This document shows positions 1 to 9,534 of a stretch of 64,000 nucleotides of DNA, in pieces. Origin of the DNA: an uncultured Acidobacteriota bacterium. Lineage in GTDB: Bacteria; Acidobacteriota; Vicinamibacteria; Fen-336. The notes beneath the pieces are model-generated. The model was not told the DNA's origin, made no database searches, and saw nothing but the letters and a program-made list of their open reading frames with translations. The position numbers and the translations under genes were made by a program. Location of the stretch: NCBI GenBank assembly GCA_963720545.1, contig OY970399.1:448001-512000 (forward strand). Reading direction: 5' to 3'. The first letter of the stretch is position 1. Each line of letters opens with the position of its first letter.

Positions 1-1
1 C

Positions 2-709
2 TACCACCTGGCCGCGCAGGCCGGCGTGCGCGCGTCCTGGGGGCGCGACTTCGACGTCTATGCGCTCAACAACGTGAGCGCCACGCAGCGCCTGCTCGAG
101 GCGGCCTCGACGCTGGCGACACCGCCGCGCATCGTCTACGCGTCGTCGTCCTCGGTCTACGGCGACTCGCCCGCGCTGCCGCTGCGCGAGGATGCGGCGT
201 GCCATCCGGTGTCGCCCTACGGGGTGACCAAGCTGGCCGGCGAACATCTCGGCCTGCTGTACGAGCGCAACAACGGGGTGCCGGTGGTGGCACTGCGCTT
301 CTTCACCGTCTACGGGCCGCGGCAGCGGCCGGACATGGCCTTCCACAAATTCCTGAAGGCGGCGCGCGACGGCACGGAGCTGACGATCTTTGGCGACGGC
401 GAACAGACCCGCGACTTCACATACATTGACGACATCCTCGCGGCGGTTCGCGCGGCCGCGAGCCAGGGGCGGCCCGGCGGCGTCTACAATGTCGGTGGTG
501 GAGAGCGCATCTCGGTGAACGGCGTCCTCGAGGTCATCGAAAAAGTCACCGGCAGGAAGCTGCGGACGGCGCACGCTGGAGCCCAGAAGGGCGACATGCG
601 CGACACCTTCGCCGACATCGCGGCGGCGCGGGCCGACCTCGGCTTCCGCTCGACGGTGCCGCTGCGCGACGGCCTGGCGCGGGAATGGGAGTGGATCGAG
701 AGCCTTTGA
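2..709 (+). CDS. NAD-dependent epimerase/dehydratase (UDP-glucuronate 4-epimerase-like), 5'-truncated by window edge
   Basis: Open from base 2: YHLAAQAGVR, ASSSSVYG, SPYGVTK (YxxxK), LRFFTVYGPRQRPDMA, QTRDFTYIDD. Confidence 0.9.
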   Translation, partial: YHLAAQAGVRASWGRDFDVYALNNVSATQRLLEAASTLATPPRIVYASSSSVYGDSPALPLREDAACHPVSPYGVTKLAGEHLGLLYERNNGVPVVALRFFTVYGPRQRPDMAFHKFLKAARDGTELTIFGDGEQTRDFTYIDDILAAVRAAASQGRPGGVYNVGGGERISVNGVLEVIEKVTGRKLRTAHAGAQKGDMRDTFADIAAARADLGFRSTVPLRDGLAREWEWIESL

Positions 710-753
710 CAAAGCCAAAGCCGAAGCGGAAGCAGACGACGACGATCAAGAGA

Positions 754-1539
754 ATGGCCGTCACGCTGCTGGGGCTCTGTGCGCTTGCCGGCGCCGCCTG
801 CGGCACCCACCATACCGACCTCGCCGTCCTCGGCAGCAACTCCGACGAGCTCATCTGGGAAGCCGGCCAGAAGGCGTTTGGCAAGAAAGACTGGGAAACG
901 GCACGCAGCCACTACAAGCGCATCGTCGAGGGCTTCACCACCAGCCAGTACGTGCCCTCGGCACGCCTGGCTCTCGGCGACACCTACTTCTACGAAGGCG
1001 GCACGGCGAGCTTCATCCTCGCCGTCGCCGAGTACCAGGAGTTCCTCAACCTCTACCCCTCGCACCCGCGCAGCGACTACGCGCAGTTCCAGGTCGCCGA
1101 GTCGTACTTCAAGCAGAAGAACGGCCCCGACCGCGACCAGGAGCCGACGCGGCGTGCGCTCGCCGAGTACACGCGGCTTCTCGACCTGCACCCGCGCTCC
1201 AAGCTCGCCGAAGAAACGCGCAAGCGCGTCGTCGTCTGCCGGCAAAGCCTGGCGCGCGCCGAATATGTCGCCGGCTATTTCTACCAGCGGAGCCGGCAGG
1301 CGTACCGTCCGGCCATAACTCGCTACCAGACGCTGCTTACAGAGTATCCAGATTACACACAATTGGACGAGGTTCTGTATCGGATTTCCCAATGCCTGGT
1401 GGCAGCCGGCCGGGGTAAGGAAGCCGCCCCGCACCTGGGCCGCCTCCTCGAGAGCTACCCCAAAAGCAGTTACGCCGGCGACGCCCGGGAGCTCCTGGCC
1501 AAGGTCCAGGCCCAGCCCACCCCAGCCGCCAAAACCTAA
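754..1539 (+). CDS. bamD: Outer membrane protein assembly factor BamD (TPR lipoprotein)
   Basis: Signal peptide ending AGAAC; YPSHPRSDYAQF, DRDQEPTRRA, LARAEYVAGYFY; start at ATG 754 chosen within ORF 685..1539. Confidence 0.85.
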   Translation: MAVTLLGLCALAGAACGTHHTDLAVLGSNSDELIWEAGQKAFGKKDWETARSHYKRIVEGFTTSQYVPSARLALGDTYFYEGGTASFILAVAEYQEFLNLYPSHPRSDYAQFQVAESYFKQKNGPDRDQEPTRRALAEYTRLLDLHPRSKLAEETRKRVVVCRQSLARAEYVAGYFYQRSRQAYRPAITRYQTLLTEYPDYTQLDEVLYRISQCLVAAGRGKEAAPHLGRLLESYPKSSYAGDARELLAKVQAQPTPAAKT

Positions 1540-1569
1540 AGTGTCACTTGAGAAAGCGACCCGCATCAC

Positions 1570-1598
1570 TTGACAGATAGGCCCTAGGACCTTACTCT
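1570..1598 (+). promoter_or_regulatory. sigma70-type promoter of LysM gene
   Basis: TTGACA(1570-1575)-17 bp-TACTCT(1593-1598); GGGAGG SD before ATG 1629. Confidence 0.7.
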
Positions 1599-1628
1599 GC
1601 CTCGAATTTTACTGAGGGAGGTTGGTCA

Positions 1629-2768
1629 ATGAAGGCGAGGTCTGTCGTCTCCCTCGGCGGGGTGCTCGTGATGGGCCTTGCCACGACGTCTGTGTGGGCC
1701 CAGCGCGCCCCACAGGCCCCGCCTCCGGTCACCACCGAGCCCACGACCGTCCCGAAACACTGGTCCCGCAATCCCTATCCTACGACCATCCCCGAAGGCT
1801 CCGCGCTCTATTATGTGGTGCGCGGCGACACCCTCTGGGACATTGCGGCGCGCTTTCTGGGCAATCCGTACCTCTGGCCGCAGATCTGGGAGCAGAACAA
1901 GTACATTCCCAACGCCCACTGGATCTATCCGGGCGATCCGCTCATCATTCCGGCAGTAGACGTGGTCGCCCCATCGGCCGGCGAACCCTCGACTCCGGCC
2001 GCCGAAGGAGTGCCCGAACCCGCCGCGACCCCCGCGCCGGACGCATCGGCGGGTGGTGAAGGCGGCGGCGAGGGCGCCGGCATGGCGGTTTCCGAGCCGC
2101 CCACTGTCGCCTGCGCGCCGTACATCGCCGCCGAGCCCGAGGACGAGTCGCTGCAGATCCTCGGCTCGGAGCATGGCAACACGCGCATCTCGTTCGCCAC
2201 CCGCGAGATCGTCTATCTCGACCGCGGCACCGCGGGCGGAGTGAACCAGGGCGACATGTTCGCGACGCATCACAGCATGGGCGACGTGCGCCTGCCCGGG
2301 ACCAGGAAGAAGCTCGGCCGCAAGGTCGAAGTCACCGGCTGGGTGCGCGTGATCCTCGCGCAGGAACACGCGGCCACCGCCATCGTCGAGCACGCCTGCG
2401 CCGAGCTGCATCCGGGCGATTACCTGCTGCCCTACACCGAGCCCACGGTGCCGCGGCTCGCCAACTACCAGCCGACCACCCGGGAGATGGCGCCGAGCGG
2501 CAAGCAGCACGGCTACGTGGTGGACATCGCCGACGACATCGCGATTGCCGGCGCCGGCCAGCTGGTGCTCATCGACGTCGGCTCGAGCCAGGGCATCGCC
2601 CCCGGCAGCGTGCTGACCGTCTACCGCATCATGTACGAGAGCGTGCCGACGCCGCGCCGCATCATCGGCGACCTGGTGGTGCTCACGACTCGCGAGGGCA
2701 CGGCCACCGCCAAGGTGTTGTCGAGCTACGATGCGCTGCTGGTCGGCGACGAGGTTGAGCTGCGCTGA
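1629..2768 (+). CDS. Secreted LysM peptidoglycan-binding protein (TsaP-like architecture)
   Basis: Signal peptide; YVVRGDTLWDIAARFLGNPYLWPQIWEQN..IPNAHWIYPGDPLIIP; Pro/Ala linker; C-terminal beta-rich domains. Confidence 0.85.
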   Translation: MKARSVVSLGGVLVMGLATTSVWAQRAPQAPPPVTTEPTTVPKHWSRNPYPTTIPEGSALYYVVRGDTLWDIAARFLGNPYLWPQIWEQNKYIPNAHWIYPGDPLIIPAVDVVAPSAGEPSTPAAEGVPEPAATPAPDASAGGEGGGEGAGMAVSEPPTVACAPYIAAEPEDESLQILGSEHGNTRISFATREIVYLDRGTAGGVNQGDMFATHHSMGDVRLPGTRKKLGRKVEVTGWVRVILAQEHAATAIVEHACAELHPGDYLLPYTEPTVPRLANYQPTTREMAPSGKQHGYVVDIADDIAIAGAGQLVLIDVGSSQGIAPGSVLTVYRIMYESVPTPRRIIGDLVVLTTREGTATAKVLSSYDALLVGDEVELR

Positions 2769-2828
2769 CCTCTTGATATCTGCGCGTCAGGTGCAGGACC
2801 GCTGGCTGGCCTTCCAGGCGTACCGCGC

Positions 2829-4559
2829 GTGACGGCGGGTTTCGCCGACCTGCAGCGCCTGTTCGCCGGCGCCGGCACTCCGCAGCCGGCTGCGCTCGAC
2901 TCTTGATGGACTAAGGTAGCGGCGCAGCTGCTCGGCCCCGACGGCCTCGTCCTCTACGGCAATCGCCACCTGCTCGAGCTGCTGGGCGAAACCGAGGCCG
3001 GCGCGGCCGGTGCCGACTGGTTCGCGCGCTTCGTGCCTGAAGCACACCGCGAGGACTGGCGTGCGGTATTCGCCATGACCTTGGGCGCCGCCGCTCCCAT
3101 GCCGCAGGTCGATCTGCCGATCAGCGGTCCCGGCGGAACGCGCCTGGTCAGCTGGGACAGCGTCGGGTTACGCAACGCCGCCGGCGAGCCGCTTGGCGTG
3201 TTCGCCGTCGGCCGCGACATGACCACGACGCGCGCCGTCGAAGACGCTCGCGGGCAGGCGACGATGTACGACCCGCTCACCGGCCTGCCCAACCGCAACC
3301 TTTTTCAGGATCGCCTGGCACACCATTTCGCCCGCGGCAAGCGGCGCTCGCAGTACCGGTTCGCGACCCTGCTCATAAACCTCGACCGTTTCCGCACCGT
3401 CAATGCCACCCTCGGCCGTGCCGCGGGCGATGCGCTGCTGGTCCAGGTGGGCACGCGTCTGTCCGGCTGCTTGCGCCCCGGCGACTCTCTGGCGCGTCTC
3501 GACGGCGACGAATTTGCGCTCATCATCGACGAGGTGGCGAGCGGCGACGCGGCAGTCGCGGTGGCAGCCCGGATCCACGCCGCGTTCAAGGCGCCATTCG
3601 TTCTCGACGGCCGGGAGATGGTGGTGACCGCAAGCATCGGCAGCGCCGTGAACAAGCCGCGGCACGCGGGCCCGGAGGACCTGCTGCGCGATACCGAAGC
3701 CGCCATGCATCACGCCAAGGCGCGCGGCCAGGCGGGCCATGAGGTGTTCCGCACCAGCATGCATGCGCGCGCCATGTTCCTGCTCGAGCTCGAGCGCGAA
3801 CTGCGCGCGGCGCTCGAACGCGAGGCGCTGGCCGTGCACTATCAGCCGGTCGTCTCCCTGGCTTCGGGCACGATCGTCGGCTTCGAGGCGCTGGCGCGAT
3901 GGGAGCGGTCGCCGGGCGTCTTCATCCCGCCTGGCGATTTCATCGGCATCGCCGAAGAAACCGGCCTGATCAACGAGCTGGGAGCCTGGGTGCTACGGGT
4001 GGCGTGCGCCCAGGCGCGCGAGTGGCACGCGTACCGGCCGGAGGGCGGACCGCTGCGCATGGCGGTGAACCTGTCGCCGCGGCAGTTCGCCCAGCCCGAC
4101 CTGCTGCAGCAGATTGCCGGGATCGTCACCACGACGGCGGTGCCGGAAGGCGCACTGCGGCTCGAGATCACCGAGAGCGTGCTCATGCTCGAACCGGAGT
4201 CCGCCGCCAGCTTGCTCGCGAGCCTCCACGGTCTGCACGTGCACGTCTGCATCGACGACTTCGGCACCGGGTACTCGTCGCTGAGCTACCTGCTGCGCTT
4301 CCCCGCCAGCACGCTGAAGATCGACCGCTCCTTCGTTACCGGCCTGACCAAGGGCGGCCAGCACACGGAGTTGGTCAAGACGATCATCGCCCTGGCGAAG
4401 AACGTCGGCATGGACGTCGTCGCCGAAGGGGTCGAGACCATGGAGCAGCTGGCTGTGCTGCGCGCTCTGGGCTGCGACTATATGCAGGGTTTCCTCGTCT
4501 CCAAGGCCGTGCCTGCCGCGGCGGCTCGCGCCTTGCTGGAGGCCGGGCCGCTCCTCTAG
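2829..4559 (+). CDS. PAS-GGDEF-EAL protein (probable c-di-GMP phosphodiesterase); in-frame TGA at 2904-2906
   Basis: PAS-like segment continues in frame upstream of 3033; DPLTGLPNR, DGDEF, EAL, DDFGTGYSSL, KIDRSF, EGVE; 5' end uncertain. Confidence 0.8.
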
Positions 4560-4583
4560 ACGTTTCCTTCACACCATCGCATG

Positions 4584-7500
4584 TCAGCTGCGCTGCAGCG
4601 ACCAGCCGGTGCCGGCTGCCGGCGGCTCTGTTGCGAGCATTGCCGCCAGATCCTGCGACCAGGTCTCGATGTCGGCGGGTCGATCCTCAGGCCGCTTCGC
4701 CAGGGCAGCGTCGAAGGCGGCATCGACGCCGGGCGGAACGACGGCCAGGGACGATACCGGCGGGTGGGCTCCATAGAGCACCTCGATCATGCTCTTCGCC
4801 ACATCCTCACTCGCGACGAGGCGCCGCCCGGTCAGCGCCTCGAAGGCGACCACGGCAAGCGAATACAAGTCGCTGCGGCCATCGACCTCCTCGCCGTTCA
4901 CCTGCTCGGGCGACATGTAGGCGGGCGTGCCGATGAGCACGCCGGTGTGCGTCAGGCGGGCCCCGGCGTGGCTGGACTTCGCCACCCCGAAGTCGACCAC
5001 CTTGGCCCGAAACACGCCGGCTTCAGGCACCAGCAGGATGTTGCCGGGCTTGACGTCGCGATGGACGACGCCGACCCGGTGGGCTGCGTGCAGCGCCGAA
5101 CCGACCTGCGCCACGAGCGCCGCCACTTGCGCCGGTGTGGCACGGCCGCAGTCGAGCAATTGCTCAGCGACGGTGGTGCCGGTGAGCAGTTCCATTGCGA
5201 GAAATGCAGAGCCGTCCTCGAGTTCGCCGGAGTCGAACAGCGAGACCACCGAAGGGTGGTGCACGCTCGCCAGCGCGCGGGCCTCACGGTCGAGGCGGAA
5301 CCGGGTTTCCGCGTCATTGAGCCGGTCGGCGCGGATCACCTTGAGGGCCACGTCGCGCGCCAATCGCTCGTCATGTGCGGCGAAGACGCTGCCCATGCCG
5401 CCCTCGCCGAGCAGGCGCTGCAGGCGATAACGACCGAGGACCAGCAAAGGCAGCAGGCGGGTGCCATCCAGTTCCGCGCCGTCGGTGTCGCAACGCGCGA
5501 CCTCCTGGCCGTAGCATCGTCCGCAGCGCGGGCACAGGTTCATCGAGGCGATCCCCTGCTCCAACATGTGCTGCCGCACTTCGGCCTGGCGCGAGTTCGA
5601 GGCCGTGAGGCGCTGGCGCAGGGCCTGGAAGTCAAGGGCACTGCCCAGGTGCTGGGCGAGGCCCGCGACCAGAGCGCTCTCGGTGTCACCGAAGCTGCGC
5701 GTGCCTTCGATGACCAGGGCGCCGCGGATCTCGCGCGTCATGCCGGCGAGCGGTACGACGATGCGCCCCTCCTGTGGCTTGGCTGTGTCGACGGCCAGGA
5801 CATCGCTGAGCGTGATTGGCTGCGAGGGCACCGGCCCGATCGGCACCAGCCTCTCGCCTTCGGCTCGCAGGATCGCGACTCGTTGCGCCTGCACCGCCCG
5901 GCGCACTTCCTCCGCCATCGACGGCCCCCACACCGCCAGGTCCTCGGCGAGGGCGCCCGCGTTTCGCGACAACCTGGCGAGTTGCTCTTGCGCCGCCTTG
6001 AGTTCGTCGTTGGCTGTGCGCAGGTCCCCGGTACGCTCATCGACGACCGCCTCGAGCTGTCGTGCGCGCGCCTCCAGGCGACGCACGCGCAGGCGCTGTC
6101 CAAGGAAGCCGGCGAGCACCAGGCCGAGCCCGACGAGCGCCTGGAACCAGCGGGTCTGGTGGAACAGCGGCTTCACGGTGACAACGGCGAGCGCGCCGTC
6201 CTGGTTCCACACGCCCTCGTCATTGGCAGCCCTGACCCGGAACCTGTAGCTGCCAGGCGGGACGTTCGTGTACCGAACCACGCGCTCGCTTCCGGCCGCG
6301 GTCCAGTCGCGATCGAAGCCTTCGAGGGTGTATTGGAAATGGACTCGCTGCGGAACGGCCAGGCTCAGCGCGGTGTAGTGAACGGTCAGCGTGGCGGCGC
6401 CCGGAGCGACGACGAAACCGCCCGCCGAGTGCACCAGGGCAACGCCGTCGCTCTGCAACTGCTCGATGACGACCGGCGGCGGCAAGGGGTTCGTCGCCAG
6501 ATGCGCCGGATCGACGGCCACCACGCCCGCGATGGTCGGAAACCACAACCGGCCGTCGCGCGCCAACCATGCCGACGGTTGATTGTCGCCGTTGCACTCC
6601 GCGCTGCGCATGCCGTCCTGGACGCCGAACGATTGCGAGTCGATGGTGGATTGCCCGCCGTCGGCAAAGGCCTCGAGGCTGGCCCTGGCTACGCGGAAAA
6701 TGCCCCTGTTGGAACTCATCCAGAAGAAACCCTGCGTGTCCTCGAGAACGCTGAACACGCGGTCGTCGAACAACCCGTCCTTCCTCGTGAAATGACGGAA
6801 GACGCCGTCGCGCAGCCGGTTCAGGCCGCCGGCCAGGGTTCCCACCCAGAGCGTTCCGTCGGCGTCCTGGTACAGGCTCGTCACCTGGTTGTCCGATAGC
6901 CCATTGCGGGTGGTGTAGGCGCGGAACCCCCCATCGGCGAACCTGTTGAGGCCGTTCGACGTGCCGATCCACAAGGCGCCGTCGCGGCTATCTTCGAGCA
7001 AGGCGGTGACGTAGTCGTCGGAGAGGCCGTTGCTCTTGTTGTAGACGACGAGGCGGCCGTGCTGCAGGCGATCCAGGCCGCCACCGGCGGTGCCGATCCA
7101 GACTGTTCCGTTGCGCGCGACCAGCAGCGCGGCGATTTCGTCGCTCGAGAGGCCGTCGCGCGTCGTCAGCCGCGAGAACGCGCCCGCGCGGCGACGACTC
7201 ACGCCACCGCCGCGTGTGCCGATCCACAGGTCGCCGTCAGAACCTTCGCCGAGCGATGTCACCTGATCGCCCGAAAGACCGTCGCGAGTGCCGAACACCG
7301 TGACCGTGCCCTTGACGATCCGGTTCAGGCCACCGCCATCGGTGCCGATCCAGAGCGCTCCGCCATGGTCTTCGTAGACCGTCAGCGCCGCGGCGCTCGA
7401 CAGGCCTTCGGCGGTGCCGAGCGGAGTGAACCTCGTGTCGCGCAGGCGGTTGAGGCCGCCCCCGTCCGTGCCGATCCACAGGCTGCCTTCCCGGTCCTCG

Positions 7501-8429
7501 TAGAGCGACATCACCACGTCGCTCGTCAACCCCTGGCTGCGGCCGAACACATCGACCGTGCCGCCGCTGAGACGGCCGAGGCCCGCCGCGGTTCCGATCC
7601 AGAGGATGCCATCGCGGTCCTCGAGCAGCGACCAGACCTCGTTGCTCGGCAAGCCGTCGCGTTCGGTCACGGTCGTGATCACGCCGTCCTTGATGCGGTT
7701 GACGCCGCCCTCGAAAGTGCCGGCCCAGATGCTGCCGTCCCGGCCCTCGACGATCGAGCTGACCTGGTCGCCCGACAACCCATCGCGCTTGCGGATGGTC
7801 GTGATCCGGCCGTTCTCGATGCGGTTGAGGCCGCCACCGAAGGTGCCGACCCACAAGATGCCGTGACGGTCCTCCAGGACCGAGATGACCTGGTCGTTCG
7901 AAAGGCCTTCGCGCGTGGACAAGACGGTGACTCGTCCCGAGGCGACGCGGTTTATGCCGGCGGCCGTGATGCCGGCCCACAGCACGCCGTCCTTGCCCGC
8001 ATGGAGTGCGCGGATCCGGTCTCCGGTCAGGCCGTCGGCGGCGGTGACGGCGCTGAATCTGCCGTCCCGGTAGCGCAACAGTCCGCCGCCACGCAGGCCC
8101 ACCCACAGCACGCCGGCGTCGTCCTCCGCCAGCGCAAGGACGATGTTTTGTGTGAACGCGGCGTCACTATCCTTGTTGAAGGCGACGAAACGCGCGCCAT
8201 CGAAGCGGACCAGACCCTCCTGCGTCCCCAGCCAGAGATAGCCGTCTCGGCCCTGGACGATCGCAGAAATCGTGTTCTGGGGCAGGCCCTGCTCCGATTG
8301 CCAGGCATCGTGCCGATACTGTGTGATCCGGCGCACCGGGTCGAGGGCCTGCGCCGGCGCTGCGGGCGCGAAAAACAGCGCCAACACCGCGATCCGCCCC
8401 GCCCAGTGCCGCGTTGTGGGCCAGTTCAC
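4584..8429 (-). CDS. Two-component-regulator beta-propeller/Y_Y_Y sensor fused to Hanks-type Ser/Thr kinase
   Basis: Signal peptide, many GLS..V.SL.ED..G.LWIGT.GGGL repeats, YTNVPPGSYRFRVRA (Y_Y_Y), TM, then GEGGMG, VALK, HRDVKPGN, DFG, GTPAYMSPEQ; start GTG 8429 inferred. Confidence 0.88.
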   Translation of the reverse strand: MNWPTTRHWAGRIAVLALFFAPAAPAQALDPVRRITQYRHDAWQSEQGLPQNTISAIVQGRDGYLWLGTQEGLVRFDGARFVAFNKDSDAAFTQNIVLALAEDDAGVLWVGLRGGGLLRYRDGRFSAVTAADGLTGDRIRALHAGKDGVLWAGITAAGINRVASGRVTVLSTREGLSNDQVISVLEDRHGILWVGTFGGGLNRIENGRITTIRKRDGLSGDQVSSIVEGRDGSIWAGTFEGGVNRIKDGVITTVTERDGLPSNEVWSLLEDRDGILWIGTAAGLGRLSGGTVDVFGRSQGLTSDVVMSLYEDREGSLWIGTDGGGLNRLRDTRFTPLGTAEGLSSAAALTVYEDHGGALWIGTDGGGLNRIVKGTVTVFGTRDGLSGDQVTSLGEGSDGDLWIGTRGGGVSRRRAGAFSRLTTRDGLSSDEIAALLVARNGTVWIGTAGGGLDRLQHGRLVVYNKSNGLSDDYVTALLEDSRDGALWIGTSNGLNRFADGGFRAYTTRNGLSDNQVTSLYQDADGTLWVGTLAGGLNRLRDGVFRHFTRKDGLFDDRVFSVLEDTQGFFWMSSNRGIFRVARASLEAFADGGQSTIDSQSFGVQDGMRSAECNGDNQPSAWLARDGRLWFPTIAGVVAVDPAHLATNPLPPPVVIEQLQSDGVALVHSAGGFVVAPGAATLTVHYTALSLAVPQRVHFQYTLEGFDRDWTAAGSERVVRYTNVPPGSYRFRVRAANDEGVWNQDGALAVVTVKPLFHQTRWFQALVGLGLVLAGFLGQRLRVRRLEARARQLEAVVDERTGDLRTANDELKAAQEQLARLSRNAGALAEDLAVWGPSMAEEVRRAVQAQRVAILRAEGERLVPIGPVPSQPITLSDVLAVDTAKPQEGRIVVPLAGMTREIRGALVIEGTRSFGDTESALVAGLAQHLGSALDFQALRQRLTASNSRQAEVRQHMLEQGIASMNLCPRCGRCYGQEVARCDTDGAELDGTRLLPLLVLGRYRLQRLLGEGGMGSVFAAHDERLARDVALKVIRADRLNDAETRFRLDREARALASVHHPSVVSLFDSGELEDGSAFLAMELLTGTTVAEQLLDCGRATPAQVAALVAQVGSALHAAHRVGVVHRDVKPGNILLVPEAGVFRAKVVDFGVAKSSHAGARLTHTGVLIGTPAYMSPEQVNGEEVDGRSDLYSLAVVAFEALTGRRLVASEDVAKSMIEVLYGAHPPVSSLAVVPPGVDAAFDAALAKRPEDRPADIETWSQDLAAMLATEPPAAGTGWSLQRS

Positions 8430-8547
8430 CAGACCTGCCAGGCTGCGTCGCCAATCACCTTGGCGACGAAAGGGCCATGCAACACTCTCGTCGGACGCCC
8501 GAGCCGGCGGCAGTGCCGCCGGCCAGGAGGACCTGGAGAACGACACC

Positions 8548-9066
8548 ATGAGACCGACAATTCGATTCACGTTCGCGCTGGCCGCATTCCTCGTAGTTTC
8601 GCAGAGCACGGCCGAGGCCGCCAAGCTTCGCTGCAAGAGCGATCCGCTCTTCATCATGTCGGACGGAACCAGCATCGACGTCAATGCCGACATCGATTCG
8701 CTGCCGATGGACGTGACCACCGTCACCTACGTACTGCGTGTGCCGACCGGCGTCAGGGTGCTGGCGTGGGCGCGCACTCCCACCTGGCTCACGACTGTGG
8801 AGAAGGTCGTGGTCCTCACCGGCAACCCGCCGCGCACGTACAGCAGCAACACCATCGTCATCAACCGCAGGGGCAAAGTCCCTGTTACCGCCAACATGGT
8901 GGTGGGCCTTGCCAAGAGTTCGGTGACCGGCAAGGCCGGCGACACGCTGACCCTGCACGTGACCGCCCCCAGCATCCTCAACGCCGTTGGCCAGGCAGCC
9001 GGCATCGACCCTGTGACCGAAGGCGCCTCCTCGTTGCTCAACCAGCTCACGAACGGCAACCGATAG
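8548..9066 (+). CDS. Secreted hypothetical protein (CKSDP motif, beta-rich)
   Basis: GGAG upstream of ATG 8548, signal peptide ending AEA, GC3-rich codons. Confidence 0.7.
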   Translation: MRPTIRFTFALAAFLVVSQSTAEAAKLRCKSDPLFIMSDGTSIDVNADIDSLPMDVTTVTYVLRVPTGVRVLAWARTPTWLTTVEKVVVLTGNPPRTYSSNTIVINRRGKVPVTANMVVGLAKSSVTGKAGDTLTLHVTAPSILNAVGQAAGIDPVTEGASSLLNQLTNGNR

Positions 9067-9521
9067 CGGCTGACGCGCCGCCTGGTTTCCTTGAGCTTGA
9101 GCGCATAGAGTAGACCGAGATAGGCCGCTAGGCCCAGCGGAATGCCGAGAACGGCATTCCCCACCAGGAACGGCCACAGGTAGGGGCCGAGGTCGCGCAG
9201 CAGCGTCCGCAGGAACATCACGCCGCTGCCGCGCCACTTGACGTGTACGAGGCCCGCGGAGGACACGCCGAGCATCCAGCAACCGAGCGTCGTGCCGATG
9301 ACGAGGGCCGGCACCGCCGTCCACGCGTTGAGCCAGGCGCCCACCAGCAGCGCCACGCGGTTGAGGCCGAACATCACCGCCACCGCCAGCGCCATCCAGG
9401 TGTGCAGGCCGAAGAACGGGCTGAACCCGATCCAGACGCCGACGCCGAACGCGAGCGCCATGCGCTGCGGCGGCTCGTCGATCTGCAGCAGCCTGGCAAC
9501 GGCCTCGCGCAGTCGCTTCAT
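8727..9521 (-). CDS. DUF2062-family membrane protein (3' end runs antisense into neighbour)
   Basis: PQRMALAFGVGVWIGFSPFFGLHT..FGLNR..GAWLN; family-like part ends near 9070 but first stop is at 8727. Confidence 0.75.
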   Translation of the reverse strand: MKRLREAVARLLQIDEPPQRMALAFGVGVWIGFSPFFGLHTWMALAVAVMFGLNRVALLVGAWLNAWTAVPALVIGTTLGCWMLGVSSAGLVHVKWRGSGVMFLRTLLRDLGPYLWPFLVGNAVLGIPLGLAAYLGLLYALKLKETRRRVSRYRLPFVSWLSNEEAPSVTGSMPAAWPTALRMLGAVTCRVSVSPALPVTELLARPTTMLAVTGTLPLRLMTMVLLLYVRGGLPVRTTTFSTVVSQVGVRAHASTLTPVGTRST

Positions 9522-9534
9522 CGGCGCGCCGTGG

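Noticed and set aside
2904..2935. Selenocysteine call for the TGA
   Set aside because: No redox motif, position is in a linker, hairpin is weak and the assembly has other errors
4581..9113. Long antisense ORFs (772 aa, 684 aa) and similar shadows across the window, e.g. 15863..17674
   Set aside because: Mirror frames of real genes caused by GC3 bias; no recognisable motifs
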